64,000 nt of DNA from Amoebidium appalachense (Eukaryota > Protista > Ichthyosporea). Below the pieces are notes generated by a model. That model searched no databases. It saw nothing but the letters and a program-made list of their open reading frames with translations, and was not told the DNA's origin. Where the stretch lies: assembly GCA_963693365.1 (NCBI GenBank), contig CAVNZM010000003.1, positions 14,292,914 through 14,356,913 on the forward strand, given 5' to 3'. Below are positions 36,561-53,758 of this stretch, in pieces (the first letter of the stretch is position 1; the number at the start of each line of letters is the position of its first letter). The position numbers were made by a program, and so were the translations under genes.

Positions 36561-36780
36561 TATCGGGGTCACCGTCTGTACACGTGTGTGTGTGTGTGTG
36601 TGTGTACGCGTGTGTACGTGTGTATGCCGTGTGTTTCAGAGAGCCAATGAAACTTTCCCAACTTTAGCATGTCTGGATTGTAGCTGTCATGTCCCCCCCC
36701 CCCCCTCCCCTTCCCTCCCCCCTCCCCCCCCCCCGCGCTCCCTGCCGAGAGCAGGCCAAATGGGTTGCGCGCGCGCGTGC

Positions 36781-36921
<141 letters not shown>

Positions 36922-37108
36922 TGATGGTGGTGGTGGTGATAGTGATGGTGGTGGTAGTGGTTTGAGTGGAGGGGGGAGGGAGGGAGGGGAAAGAGCTGTT
37001 GATAAACACTCTCCCCACGGAAACAGAATGACTTTTTCTTTGCAGATGGGTGGCTATGTGCTTTTAGACACATGTCCAAAACAGAAATTGTGGAGTGGGG
37101 GTTCCACT

Positions 37109-37470
37109 CTCTTTGTACCGTGTGGGCATGTTTCATCCACTACGTGTACACCATTGAAAATTCAGAGTGGGTTTGCACTCTTTTGTACCGTGTGGGCATG
37201 TTTTTCCCATTACGTGTACACCATTGAATCAGGTTTTCTGAGTGGAGACTCCACTGTTTTGTACCGTGTGGGCATGTTTTTCCCATCACGCGTACATCAG
37301 TTTGTACCGTGTGGGTATGTCTTCCCATCACGCGTACACTACTTTGTACCGTGTGGGTATGTCTTCCCATCACGCGTACGCCATTTTGTACCGTGTGGGT
37401 ATGTCTTCCCATCACACGTACACCATTGAATCAAGGTTTGTGAGTGGGGATTCCACTCTGTTTGTACCGT
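37109..37470. repeat. Minisatellite, ~40-bp unit, about 7 copies
   Basis: tttgtaccgtgtggg(c/t)atgt(t/c)ttcccatcacgcgtac recurs, downstream of the Helitron-like ORF. Confidence 0.88.
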
Positions 37471-37525
37471 GTCCACAACGTGTACAAATCATATTCACGA
37501 GATATAGGAGAAAGAGAAGAATGTC

Positions 37526-37602
<77 letters not shown>

Positions 37603-37607
37603 AGAGA

Positions 37608-37652
<45 letters not shown>

Positions 37653-37741
37653 GGGAGAGGAGGAGGAGTGGTACATACACACGTGCGCGCACGTACACTC
37701 ACACACACACATACACACACACACACACACATACACACACA

Positions 37742-37807
<66 letters not shown>

Positions 37808-37878
37808 TACCAACACTCATACACACACGCATACACTCACACAAGCATGGATCACAGGCACACATACACGGACAGCAT

Positions 37879-37912
<34 letters not shown>

Positions 37913-37988
37913 TTCTACCACCTACACACTCATGCACTCACCTATGAACGACCCTGCCCCTTCACCCCCTTGCCCTTTCCTTCGTCCC

Positions 37989-38022
<34 letters not shown>

Positions 38023-38150
38023 TCCAAGAAAAAAAAAAAAGAAAAAAAAAAAAAAAAGAGTGAGGTACGCTTTCCCACCCACCCATCCACTATCCTACCC
38101 AATTATTCACCCACCTATGGCTATTAGACTGACATGTTCCAGTAATGTAT

Positions 38151-38782
38151 TTACATGGAAAAAGGCCGCAATTCTTCAAAGTGTTGGCAATAGGGATTAA
38201 CAGTCATGTGCATTGCTATCGCTCTTACTGTGGAGGACACAGGTGGACCGTAATGTGTGACTGCAGGGAAAGCAGGATGCACTGTGTGAACAAGAATATG
38301 TGTATTTGCAACGGCACAGAATAGTGTGATATCCTCGTGTTCCATGTACACTGTTGGGTTTGAAAAGACACGAAGATACGCTCCAAAGCCATTTGTCATT
38401 TCTTGAGCTATGGTTTCATTCAGTGCTCTGTCAAATTGTTGTTCCGAATTTGTCCTTTGCTGTGCATCATTGTGTTCTGTAGCTTGATCATGATAATATT
38501 GCGTAGCGATGCTTTCCAAGTTGGGATACTGTTGGAAAAGAGATGAAGCCGTGAAAGACGGGCAAGACCGTGTGAGTTGTGTAGCGTATTCTTCAGAGGC
38601 ACGTTGGACAAGTGGGCGAATTTCTGGGCGGGTTTGAATTGCATGTTGAAGAGCGACGATATATTGTGTACGATCGATGTTGGCTGCATAGAAGAAACAG
38701 TTACCTCCTCCTTGGTTCCGAATTCGTTGGGTTGGCATGTAGCCTTGTGGAACCGGCACCATGATGCACTCCTGGCCATACA
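38151..38782 (-). CDS. OTU-like cysteine protease domain (terminal exon)
   Basis: GGGNCFFYA (Cys box), YMEHEDI..F (Trp-box-like), QHFEEL (His box); acceptor cacacag at 38783. Confidence 0.8.
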
Positions 38783-39304
38783 CTGTGTGGGCAAAGGGAA
38801 AGAGGAAAGAACGGGGAGGGAGAAGGGGGGGGGGGGGGACAGAGAGCGGAAGGAAAAGACATTAAGGAGGGGGGGGGGGGGGGTAGGCGAATGGCATTGA
38901 TATGTTGTTGGGTATGCGAGGAGAGGTAGGTCAGTATTGTTTTGATTTCTGGGAGGGAGGGAAGAGGTACACGAGGGGGGGGGGAGGGGGGGGGGGGGAG
39001 CTACCTGCCACAAGAAAGGAGCAATGAAGGTGTGGGTTGGAAAGGGTGTGTTTTGAAAAACTGAGTGTGTGTGTGTGGGGGGGGGGGGGGGGGGGGAGGG
39101 GGGGGGGGAGGGGGGCAACAGAGATTTGGAGACAAGGGAGGGGAAGCGGACAGGGGAAGAGAAGGACAATTGGTTGCTGGGGGAGGGGGAGGGGGTAAGG
39201 AAAGAAAGAGAGGCAAAAAGAGACAAATGGGGTACACGATACATTAAAGGGTAGGGTGTGTGAGCGCTCGGGGAGGGGGGGGGGGGAAGATGGAGAAGGA
39301 GTAC

Positions 39305-40703
<1,399 letters not shown>

Positions 40704-41407
40704 CTGTGTGGAGAAAAAGAGGTGAGTGTCGGGAGGAGAGGGGGGGGGGGGGGGAGGGGGGGGGGGGGGGGGGCAGAGTAAGGACAGGTGAATGGAATGA
40801 GTGGAGAGGGTAGCGAAATGCAATGGTGTATGTGGACGAATAATAACAGAATTGGCTTCCTGTTTCTTGTTAGGGGAGGGGAGGAGGGGGAGGAGGGGAG
40901 GGGAAGGGGAGGAGAGAAGAACCGGGCGGGTCTCGAAAGGGGAAAGAAAAGGGATATTGATAGGAAAGGGAAGTATACCTTACGGAACATGTGTGGCTTA
41001 GGGTGTGTGTTTGGAGTGTTGACGGGGAGGGGGGGGATCTCTATTGGACGAGTGAGGAAGAGGGGGGGGGGGGGACGAGGCGGGGACATGAAGGGGAGAG
41101 GGTAGTTGAGGAGAAAGTGTACATGCTGAGAAGGAGAATGTTTGCGGATGGGAGGGAGGGGGAGGGGGGGGGGGGGGTGGTGGGGGAGAACGAAAGAAAC
41201 TAAATATACTTGAGAAGAGGGGGTAGTGAAATGAAAGGGAAAATATGCATATAGTAACAGAATGGGTCGTGTGGAGGAGGGAGGGAGGGAGGGGGGAGCG
41301 GGGAGGGGGGGGGGGGGGGGAGAAGATACCCAGGGGAGGGGTTGGAGAGGGGGGGGGGGGCGGGAGGGGGGCGGGGGGAGAAGAAAGGAAGACAATTGAT
41401 AGCATAC

Positions 41408-42863
41408 CTGTAGGTGAACGTTGAAGTATCCGCGTGCGTAGGTGTGCGAGTGTGGCAGCTTGTTGCTCTTCCAATGCTTTATAGTAATTGAAGAGTGCAT
41501 CATTTGGCTTTTTAGTACACAGCTTGTTAACGTCGAAGTCAGACAAAATGTACATTTCGTTCCAACTGTGTATGCGAGTGCATTGTACATATGCTGACTG
41601 GTGATGGGCTCCGTGAAGGCAAAGGCCGACTCTGTGCATTCCCCGACCTTGAGAGTTGTAATCCGTTATCGCAAATGCCGGTGTGAGTGGCAGTTGTGTG
41701 CGCTTTATTGTTGTGTATTGTTTTCTGAATTTATGGCGAGTACTTTCCACTGTAAATCGTTGCGTGATAGGAAAAATGGGAACCTCACCGGGATCGAGTT
41801 GAAGTAACTGTGAATGATCCGGACATTCTGCATGCAGTATTACAAACTTGGGTGGACGTGTAAGGAATACTGCCCGTACTTGGTACCCGAAGATGGTTGT
41901 GTTGATGGGCTGTACATGTATGTCGTCCGAATGCCGTTCGATATGTGTAAGTTGGTCAAACATGGTTCCGTTGCAGAGTCCCAACTCAACATACGAATTT
42001 TCAGGCTGACGGTTGTTCGTGAGAATATACGGCTGTCCCTCCAAAAGAAACAGATACGTAAGCAAACCCTTGGTTTTTTTGTCATGCATGGTAGAGAGCG
42101 TCATTTGAATACTGTGCGTCATTTGCCTACTGCGGGAAAGAACATCTGTGCTCGGTGCAATGGTGATTGGTTGGCGAGTTTGAGCCGCTCTGGAAAGAAG
42201 TCTGCGCATATTAAGGTGCATACGCAGTTCATTGGAAAGGACGATGACGTGTTGGATATCTGACGACACGATGTTCGTGCGATTGCGTAGTTTTTGTTGG
42301 TGTGCCTCAGTTACTTCTCCTGTTTTCAATTCTCGCACGAAAGCGAGGTAATCAGCATCGTGCTGTCGGTGTTGTTGGTTTAACAGGAATGTGGTGGTGA
42401 AATTATCTCGGTAAAGGCGAGAACCGCGAATTTGCTTGTTCAATTTGATAAGGTGCTTCGGTTTGTATTTCCGAGTTGGATCAAATCGAGGGGTTTCGTA
42501 CAAAGCGCAATCCCCAACCGGTGGAAGCTGAAACATATCACCGAAAAAACATATGTTTATATCACCAAAAGGTTTGGTGTGTCTTTCTCCTGGAAATTTA
42601 TTTTGGATGTGAGTGTTTATCTCATCCAATAGGAAAGCCCCAACCATACTCATCTCGTCACAAAACAGATAGTGGATGTTATGCCGGTGCCGTGAGTGTT
42701 GGATTGCGTGGCAGTGAAATTCGGAGAATCTCCGGTTCCGGGTCAAGTATGTGGTCGGTATCCAAAGGACGGATATCCACCGTAGGCGGTTGCGTTGTAG
42801 TGCTTGTGGGTGCAGCCACAATTGAGTGTGTGCGCTGGTGAATTCTCCGTGCCTTTTCTGCAC
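41408..42863 (-). CDS. Pif1-family SF1B helicase (Helitron-type), N-terminally damaged
   Basis: CDEMSMVG, KPFGDINICFFGDMFQLPPV, LNQQHRQ, LGLCNGT, RTQLPLTPAFAITDYNSQG, AYVQCTR; donor G|gtatgc at 41408. Confidence 0.9.
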
Positions 42864-43825
42864 TCAAAGTTACCGGCCAGTCCAACTCAACTTGCTCTGT
42901 GAAGAACCTGTGTGGTCTTTTTGATAGGCAATTGCCGGGGGGGGGGGGGGGGGGGGAGGAGGGGAGGAGGGGAGGGGGGGGGGGGGGGGACAGTGGGGAG
43001 GGAGGGCAGGGGAGAGGGGGTGATGTGAGAGAGATGATGAATTAGTGCAAAGCCATGATGAGCAACTTAAATGCCAACATATAGGAAGGGGAAGAAAAGT
43101 GAGGTACATAAAAACGACTATGCAAACAAAATTGATCGGCTGGGGAAGGAGAGAACGGGGGGGGGGGGGGGGGGGAAGGGGGGTTGCAAAAGGAAGCCGA
43201 AGGGGGGGGGAGGGGGGGGAAGGATGGAGGGGAAGGATGGTGGGGTACATGAAAAATTGTCGGGGGGGGGGGGGGGGGGGGGGGGGATGATGTTTGGATG
43301 ATCACAGAAACGAAAGAAGAGTAAAAAGGGGGGAGAGTGAGGGACGAGGGAGAAGAAGGGGGAATCTAGGAGAAAAGAAAGGGAATGGTCGGAGACAGAA
43401 AAGACTATGCAAAAGCGATCATTTTCCGGGGGGGGGGGGGGGGGGGGGGGGGGAGGGGGGGGGATGAAGCGGAGGGTGGGTGGGGTACATAAATAATACT
43501 ATGCAAATAAAGGTCGGTTTTTTTTTTTTTTTTTTTTTTTTTTGGAGGGGGGGGGGGGGGGGGGGGGGGGATAATGACTTGGGTGTCCAAAAAAACATAG
43601 GTAGTGGTGACCGCAAGACGAGGGAGAAGGAGGGGGGGGGGGGGGGGGACTCGGATGTTTAGAAGGGTCAGAGAATGGAAAAGAAGTGGAAAGGATGAGC
43701 GCTTGTGAAAAGAAGTGGAAAGGATGAGCGCTTGTGAACTTTGGAAATAAGGAAGGGATGGGAGAAAGGAATGTGAAGGGTTCGAGACAGAAATGAGAGA
43801 AAGAGAGAAAACTTGAGACGATAGT

Positions 43826-43868
<43 letters not shown>

Positions 43869-44457
43869 ATTTAATACTTGCATACCTGTCACGGAGGACG
43901 GAGTCTTGAATCCCCGGATGTGAATCTCTGGAGTGTGTAAGTGCCCGGAAAGTGTTTAGCTCCAGAAGCTGTTGCGTACTGTGCGGTATGTTTGCTTGCA
44001 TGTTTTCAAGTACTGTTGGAAATCGTAGAGGGTACTGTTGGGTCTGTCGCAAGCTGGCGGTCAATTTCTTCTTCCAAACTTGTTTCACCTTCATCCATTT
44101 CCTCCGTTACGTATTCCGAGTTGGTTCGGGTACCAATATCATCATGGTATTGACGAGCGAATGCCTGTTCTTCATTGACACGAGTTTGATGCTGGTGCGA
44201 TTGTTCCCTCCCGCGGCTAAGGAACAGCATGTTTTGGATGATCGGTAGCATACTGAAAGGGTCGTTTATTTGGAGGTCTTCCATATATTGTTGCAAGGCA
44301 TTTTCAGGTGACAATAACTGGCCATTAACAGTTAATAAACTGGTGGCTGTACAATCGTGTGCTTTAGTGTGCGCTAAAATCCACAGTGCCCGGTATTGAG
44401 CATGTTCGGCACTCGGTGGAAGATAGTTGTAGAGGTGAGGCACTACTGGAGAAGAAC

Positions 44458-44686
44458 GCACCACCGTCTCGGCCATCGTGCCCTGTCCACCCTCACCAAG
44501 ATGGTGAGAGGTGACCTCGTGACAGGCCTCCCCTCATCCCTCTCAGTGGCTGACACCACTGACTGCTTCGGTTGTGTCTCCGGCAAGACCACCAAGGCCA
44601 TGGCATTCTCCGGCACCAGAACCCAGTGCCCCTTCCCCGGTGCCAAGTGGCACATGGACTTCTTCGAGCCTCCCTGTGCCTCCTAT
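44458..44686 (+). mobile_element. Copia pre-integrase fragment, copy of 56779-57004
   Basis: HHRLGHRALSTL...CFGCVSGK...KWHMDFFEP; identical to the later Copia copy apart from a small indel. Confidence 0.92.
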
Positions 44687-44867
44687 CAAACTGGGTCGCC
44701 GCGTTCTCCGATTGCCATGGATACTGGCACCCGATTGGCTGTACACTCTTTTTTTTTCTCACTCTTGGCATCTCACGTGAGACCCGCTCTCCCCTTCCCC
44801 CAAACCCCTATCCCCAATAAACCCAATCTCCCTGACAGGAAACCTGTCACTGAAGGAGATTGGGAAT

Positions 44868-46608
<1,741 letters not shown>

Positions 46609-46829
46609 TTTACAATATCCGGCGATTCACATCGCAGGCCGGCGGGCCGCGCACTGCAGGCACCATCATGGTTGAGCACGCTCGCCACACAGTGTGTATA
46701 CGTATATACGGCCCGTTCCAGTTTCTGAGTTTTCGCTTCGCTGTTGGAAACCTCATTATTTTCCTGTTTCTGTTTTCCCACATGTCTCATTGAAATGTTA
46801 GCTCATTTGCATGCGCCATGTCGTCCAAG

Positions 46830-47041
46830 CTCTTACGAAAGTGCACTTGGCGACCCAGGAAACTTGAGCCCAAGGTCCCGAAAGCGAGCACACATACAAC
46901 CGTGAATACTCGAAACTTGCAAGGAAGCGAAAGAGGGAAGAAACATTAGACGAAAACCTAAGGAGGGCAAAAATAGAGAGCGTACAAAAGCTGCATGCAC
47001 AGGGCCTTATTGACGAGAACGCACAAAGCTTTAGTGTTTAA
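46830..47041 (+). pseudogene. Possible bZIP-like basic-region remnant
   Basis: LSPRSRKRA(frameshift in a CA run)YNREYSKLARKRKREETLDENL. Confidence 0.3.
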
Positions 47042-49018
47042 GACGCTGTTTTGTTTTCAACGGTAGGCTAATGTTTTTTTTGTTTTTTTGGAATTGGAAT
47101 GCGTGATCTGTAGCGATAAGTGAAACAGCACCCGGGCTCCATGACGTTGACCAATAGCAGCTCGCCAAAACCAGGGGCGGGATTACGAAAAAAAATCGTC
47201 GTAATTACGATTAACGAAAGACCCCGATACGAATAAGGTTAGGGTGCCGTCGTAACAGCTTTCGTATCAGATGTATAGCATTATAAACGCTTTAAGGCTC
47301 CCTAATATCTAACTGTACGTTATTTTTTTAATCTTTCTGTTCAAGAACATATCTACATCGCTTCGCATGCGGCAATATCGAACCCCGACAAGTGTCCAGG
47401 GCTTGTAATATTGCGATACTAAATTTGTAAAAACGCGTATTTTGAGTTTTGTGACTGGAGGGGCGTGTTTAGCTGGGCTTGCAGATCCCAAAGAACCCCC
47501 CCCCCGTTACGATTAAGAAACTGCCCCTTACGCTTGGCCAAAGGACAATATGGTTAAGCTGGCCAACCCCAGCCCAACCCTGGCCAAAACCGCAGTAAAT
47601 CGTCGTGCAAATCGATTTGGCCACTAGCTAGAGTTTTGAACTCGGCTTTTTTAACTTGAGCTAATCCTACTCCCGGCGGCTTGGAGTGAATTAGCCAGCG
47701 AACGAGCTGGTTAATCCACTCCGATTATAATTAGGTTAATTCCACTCCCGGTTGTCAATCGGGTGAAAGGCACCCGAGAAATAAGAGAAATGAGAGAATG
47801 AATCTGATTGTCTGAAGGGCGGCGGCTTTTATATACCTTTGGGTGTATCCTCGAGCCAATCAGATGGCTTCATTCATTCAGCTGGTTTCCATATCAAAAA
47901 AGAATGAGGCACCGTTTGTATCAAACACACGCAAACATATTCTTTGTAACACAATGATTTAATATACTACGAGAAAAAAATTAGTTGCACAGTGTTTCGA
48001 AACTCAAATGTTTCATCGATTGGTCGAAATTTAATCAGGAATCTGGGGCATTCTCCCCCCCCCCCCCCCCCCCAGCGGCTCAGCCAGTCAGCCCGAGAGC
48101 CGGACCGAGATGTATGCTTACGACAATGATATGAATTGAAGGTGGGCGCACTTCAATAACAACAACAAAAACAAAAAATAATAATATATCTAATAATATA
48201 AAAGGATTGATAATAAGATAATGCAAAAGAAACAAACTATCAGGATAATACTATTGTTAACAAAAATACAGAATAAAAACTTCTCGTAGCCAAACCTCAT
48301 TACGCAACTCGAAGCCGTTCTCACCAACCTCGGTCTCGCAATTTTGTTCACTCGGCCTACGGCCTCGTGATCATAACTTGCGGATCTCGCAGTGCTAACT
48401 TTGGTGAACACGGCTTCTCGATTGCGTAACACCAGATTTTGTGTCTTGCTACCCCATAGAACGAGAGTGCAGTGTAACAACCACGACGGGCAACACACCG
48501 TTGAGTTTTGCAGAAAAGAGGAACACACAGAGAGTGTGCAGAAATAGGGCCCGGTTACAAAACCCGTCACATTCACCTCGCGCACAGACCCCCATCACTT
48601 GAACACCAGTGAGCTAACATTCTTGAAGACGAGCCGAGTAACACAGCCGAGTAACACCACATGTAAAACAGCAGTGGGAAGAACCGGAGAATATGTTTGC
48701 AGCAATAAGAAGAAAGACACGGAGAAGTGGGGAGAGGAGAGGTTCTTGTTGGGCATTGAAGGGAGAGGGGGGGTGGGGAGCGGGGAGAAATAGAGACTAG
48801 AAAGGAGTCGGTGGTATACAAATATTATGCAAACTAGTAATAATATGCAAACTTTTGTTGTGCTTTTGGCAGGCAGCCCAGGTGAAGTTGGCAAAGCGCC
48901 AAAAACACTAAAATGGACCACCGCCGTTACTTTATGCACACTGATTACAGAAAGTCGCACTGGTCTGCGGCCATCCGTCAGTATGTGTGCAGATGGGACA
49001 AAAGAGCAAAAGCTATGT

Positions 49019-49062
<44 letters not shown>

Positions 49063-49751
49063 GTTAATTAAGCGAAGAGGTATGTTTGAGAAAAGGTGTT
49101 GTTGACAAAATAAAAGAAGCGAGGGCGCGCGAGCATTGCAGTCAAAGGGATAGTCGTGTATGTGCCATATGCGGAAACCATGGGCTGAGAGAATATACAA
49201 TTGAGGTTGAGGCGCGTCCACAAAAGACACTAAACTCCCTGCCACCCTAGAATTCTTACACGCAAGACTTGTGTCCTCACTTTTTAGCAGTGCTTTTACC
49301 GCTTTATTTTCGAGCACTACAAGTCCAGGAAAATAAAAAAAAAGAACATAATGTTCGTTCAAGGCAACGCTTCTCAACAATTCAGATGGTCGACTACACT
49401 TCCTGCAGCAGTGAAGTTGGTTGAGCAAGTTGTCGTGAGTGTGCGGCGGTGTTCTCTGAACATGTGCTTCTATCTCGGTTCATAGCCGCTGTTTTATTGG
49501 TTCTCATTATCTTGAGTTTAAACCCGGTCACAGCAATTTTTGTAGTTAAGCATTTAAATACTTAAATATTGAACAGAAGTGTTTTAACGATTATATATGA
49601 CTCTAATGTAGATCGATATCACACTTGCAAGGCAAACATTCCATGTAGATCCCACAGTTAGTTATACGTTCTTTGATTGGATAACATTATAGATTGGCGC
49701 GCTCGCTGTCCGGCAGCAAGCTTCAAAGGGCAGACACACAGTAAGAAGAGG

Positions 49752-49807
49752 TCTCTTTCAGCCCGCCAACGTCGGCCCCTCGTACGTCTTCGTAACCCAT
49801 CCACCCG
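49752..49807 (+). promoter_or_regulatory. Probable non-coding first exon of RPS15A with 5'TOP-like start
   Basis: CTCTTTC pyrimidine tract, donor g|gtatat at 49808, acceptor caacag at 50626 eleven bases before the ATG, upstream ATTGG box. Confidence 0.5.
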
Positions 49808-50266
49808 GTATATGTTTTCCGCTTCTGAGTACATTTCAATTTGATGAGAAAGATGCTTATTTCTTACACAAGACGTAGGATGGATGTCCTTGGTGACGAT
49901 TTTACGATGGATACACCGGGATAGTGACGATGGAAAACAGGATTGTATTCATATGATACCTTTTGAAAGTCGAGCCATCGACGTATCTACGAAGTATCTC
50001 ACGTCAATCACTCGATGAAAAGAGAAATTCCGTTGAATTCATCTTTCGAAGATGCGATCCGGTTGTAATGGGGCTCGGCGCACTGGGGGCTGTTCGCTGT
50101 GTGCAATACACAGCGATATTAGATCAGATTGATGATGTAAGCATCAGTCCATTCTTGTGTTCAGCGGCCCATGTGCACAAACTTTCAATGATGTATTTTT
50201 CTGGTGCTGGAAGTAGCGGCAAAGTTTGAATTTGGACGTTTGCAGTTATTTGGACATCACACATTC

Positions 50267-50398
50267 TGTTGTAGATCCGGATCACTCTGCAGGTCTGGAT
50301 CTCGCAGTTTTGTATTCAACAGCAATTAATATCATCGGGATCGGTCTAAGTGTTGCATGGTATTGTGATGGATCCTCACGAGCAGGTCACCTACAATT
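50267..50398 (+). ncRNA. Candidate intronic small RNA (H/ACA-like or hairpin precursor)
   Basis: Hairpin tagatccggatc/ggtctggatct, ANANNA (ACAGCA), second imperfect hairpin, ACA-NNN end. No clear pseudouridylation pocket. Confidence 0.25.
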
Positions 50399-50637
50399 CA
50401 CGCTACTTATCAGTGCTATTTACGTCATAAACAAGACACGAAGCATGCTGATCCACACATTTAATTATGGTGTACCTCAGAAGTTGTATGCTCCTGTGTC
50501 GGCCGAGCCGCGTCGTCCCTATTCAACCCTTTTTCGTATGGATGCTGTTTGGCAGAGTCAGTCTTATAACGTGAGTTCCTTGACAGTCTCTGGTGTGGGG
50601 TTAGCTTACACTGTCTTTCTCAACAGAAAACGCCAAG

Positions 50638-51449
50638 ATGGTGCGCATGAGTGTGCTGAACGACGCTCTCCGGAGCATTTACAATGCCGAGAACCGCGGC
50701 AAGCGCCAGGTGCTCATCAGGCCTTCATCCAAGGTCATCGTGAAGTTCCTTCAGGTGATGATGAAGCACGGTAAGTCAGTTGTTTTGTGCCGGTGTATCT
50801 CCATCCCAAAGAAAGCCACTTGCTTGTACACAATGCAGATGTTGCAGACAGTGAGGGAATGTCGTGAATGAGGTCAACGATGTTGCTTTTGCCATCCTAT
50901 GTTTCGAGTTTCCACAGGTTATTCTTGAGACACGACTTGGCTTGTACATACATAGCAGCTGTTTACTGTCGTGACGCCCTTCCCTCCATACCTTACAGGG
51001 CTGGATTACCTGCGGGGCTGGATTAAATTTTACTTGTTGTGCCCATTCGACTGAAAATGCCTCTTATCAACCGGTTGTTTTACCTGCAGGCTACATTGGC
51101 GAGTTCGAGATCGTCGACGACCACCGCGCCGGCAAGATCGTTGTCGAGCTCAACGGTCGCCTGAACAAGTGCGGTGTTATCAGGTACGTTTTGCTAACGC
51201 AGAAGTAGCTTTTGCTCATAAGTCACCCAGAGTGATTTGGTGGTTGGGGGAGGGAGATGGCATCAGAATGGAGACATGCCTTGTCCGAATCAATAGCTGC
51301 CTTGAGATGGCAATGCACGGTGAGGTGGAAAAGTATTCTTCGGGGGGAAGTTCATTGGGATGCCGGGCGCGTTCATTCAGCCCCCTCTTTGCATCCGGGG
51401 GGAGTGAGGGCGGTGGCGCTCTTACAAACTCTAACGGATAGCTCCTCCC

Positions 51450-51480
<31 letters not shown>

Positions 51481-51985
51481 ACACACTTTGCACATATGCA
51501 CACCTTGAGGGGAAGTAGGGTTATTCTTATGTTGTACACTTTACCTGTTGGGCTTTGTACCGGTTTGCCTCCCACCCCCCTCCTCCCACACACACACACA
51601 CCAGGGCAGGGCAAGAGGAAGGTTAATCAAATGTTGCACTGCGTGCTGCATTAATACATGTTCTTCATACCGTTTTTTTGCCCTTCCCCTCCCCTGCCCG
51701 CCACCTCCAACACACACACCAGGCCAGGGGAGAATCATGCATATTTTGCACACTAGGCACATAAATCTGTTTCGTTCTTTGTTCCTCACTGCGCATTTTA
51801 ACCCCTCATATCCTTTCAGCCCCCGGTTCGATGTCGCCGTCAAGGAGATTGACGAGTGGGCCAACAACCTGCTGCCCTCGCGCCAGTTCGGCTACGTCGT
51901 GCTGACCACCTCTGCCGGCATCATCGACCACGAGGAGGCAAGGAGGAAGCACACCGGTGGCAAGATCCTCGGCTACTTCTATTAA
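50638..51985 (+). CDS. RPS15A: 40S ribosomal protein S15a (uS8), 130 aa; join(50638..50770,51090..51183,51820..51985)
   Basis: [36 protein letters not shown]|[31 protein letters not shown]|[24 protein letters not shown]; 393 nt in frame. Confidence 0.99.
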
Positions 51986-53758
51986 ACTTCCTTTTATGGA
52001 CACACTCCATATTTGGAAAAATGATCTCTTGGTGTTGCAGTGTTTGTTAAACAACCCCCATTCCTCCTCCTCCTCCTCCTCTTCCCCCCCTCACCCACCC
52101 CACCCCTATGTTTGTTTGGGCTCTCCATTGTTTGTTTGTGGAGCCGTGATGCATTGATCGTGCATAAACTGCTTCTCGACATTCGGTACATGGGTCGGTC
52201 CCCTTATTCTGTTGCACAAATGGTGAGGTTAACATTTACGGCAATCCCCCCCCCCCGCCTCCCAACACACACTCACCGTATCCACCAGCAATATCCTGGT
52301 GATTCGTGGTTGTCGTTTATAACTCAGCTGTATGTTGTGTATGGCTTCTGCATGAATACTTATCAGGTCTGGAGGTGGACAAAACAACAGGCTGAGAACT
52401 CTTGCACTCCAGTCTCCTTTGAATGATGATGCACAAGTGTAGCTTGCTTCATTTCTCCCCATGTTTTGCTTCAGTGATGCATGCTGCGCACTGTGCCCCG
52501 AAAGTTCTTTGCTTGGTACTTGATCTATCTAAGATTAGCTGTCTGTAGTAAAGATATCGATGCACTCTCCCCGCCCGGGCCGGTTGGGGGCCGGGGCCCC
52601 CGACCAACACATGTACACACGTAGTACATACTACACCATACAGCCCTGCCTGCGTGCACCCCTGGTGTTCTGCTCGGAATATCCCAACCCCTCGATGTTA
52701 TACTCTTCCCTCCGTCTGCCTCTTCGATTTAGGCCCTAGCTATGCTGTCTGATATGATGTTCACCCCCGGAGGCTCAGCAGTCGACTCTTCGGTTCGGCT
52801 GGCATTACCATCCACATGAGCTTGAGAGAGAGAGGGGCGGGATGATACAAGAGCCGGGAGGTGGGCCCCCGGGGGGGGGGGGGGGGGGGCTGTGTATCAT
52901 GCCATGATATCTCCATCATGATATGTTTTTATTATATTATGTGTAATGATCATGATTTTCTTGCTTGTAAAAGTATTGGCCATAATTAATTAAACGTTAT
53001 AATGAGACTAGTCCTAAAAACCTTGCATGGTGCTGATTCACGCCTCATGCTGTATATACATGCTTAGCTGCTAGCTTCATCAATAGCTTCTTGTGGGGTT
53101 TACGCTGTTTAGTCGACAGCGTAAACCCCGATGTATTCGAATTCGTAGTACTGGTATTCGAATGGGTTTGCGAGCTGCACAAGCATCGATCAATACAATT
53201 CGTTTTGGATCGCCCAAACATGTCACCGAGGTTCTGTTTCATTATTAATTAGTTGACCAAAACCTGAATTTTATTCATATTTTAAACCTTGATTACTTGA
53301 AGCGTCATTTGGTATATGAGTAGCTCTTCTCCCAGCCCTTCATTACATAGTGTATATTGCAGCAATTGCAAGTGATTCGTCAAACGCGCACCTAGCTTCA
53401 AATTCTCACATTCCATAATAGATCTGTTTCCAGACGGTGTGCCATGATGAAATGTGTTTATTATGCGCGATAACACATCTTTATGGAGGCGTCATTTTGC
53501 AGCAGACTCGACTACAAATGCACAGGTATAAAGTACGTCCGCAAGCTGCTGTTTCCTTTATTGAGAGTGATTATCGATATACTAGTAGAGTTCGTGTTGC
53601 AAACATATGAGAATTTTGTTGCCTCCCACCTAAAAGTAGTATTCTCACTAAGTGAATCATTTTTAGCACTTGAAGTGCAGCATTCACCGTGTATCAAGCT
53701 AAAGTTCTCTTACGGAGCTCTCTTACGGTTGCTTTGATCGAACACAAAATACTATAAA

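Noticed and set aside
37109-37470. Repeat array as a possible CRISPR
   Set aside because: Units are nearly contiguous without unique spacers, there are no cas genes and the context is eukaryotic; it is a minisatellite.
48190-49500. Minus-strand ORFs upstream of RPS15A
   Set aside because: No recognisable domain or consistent splice model; partly driven by a poly-A/T run.
53045-53740. Short ORFs in complex AT-rich sequence
   Set aside because: Stop codons interrupt the frames examined and no motif was recognised.
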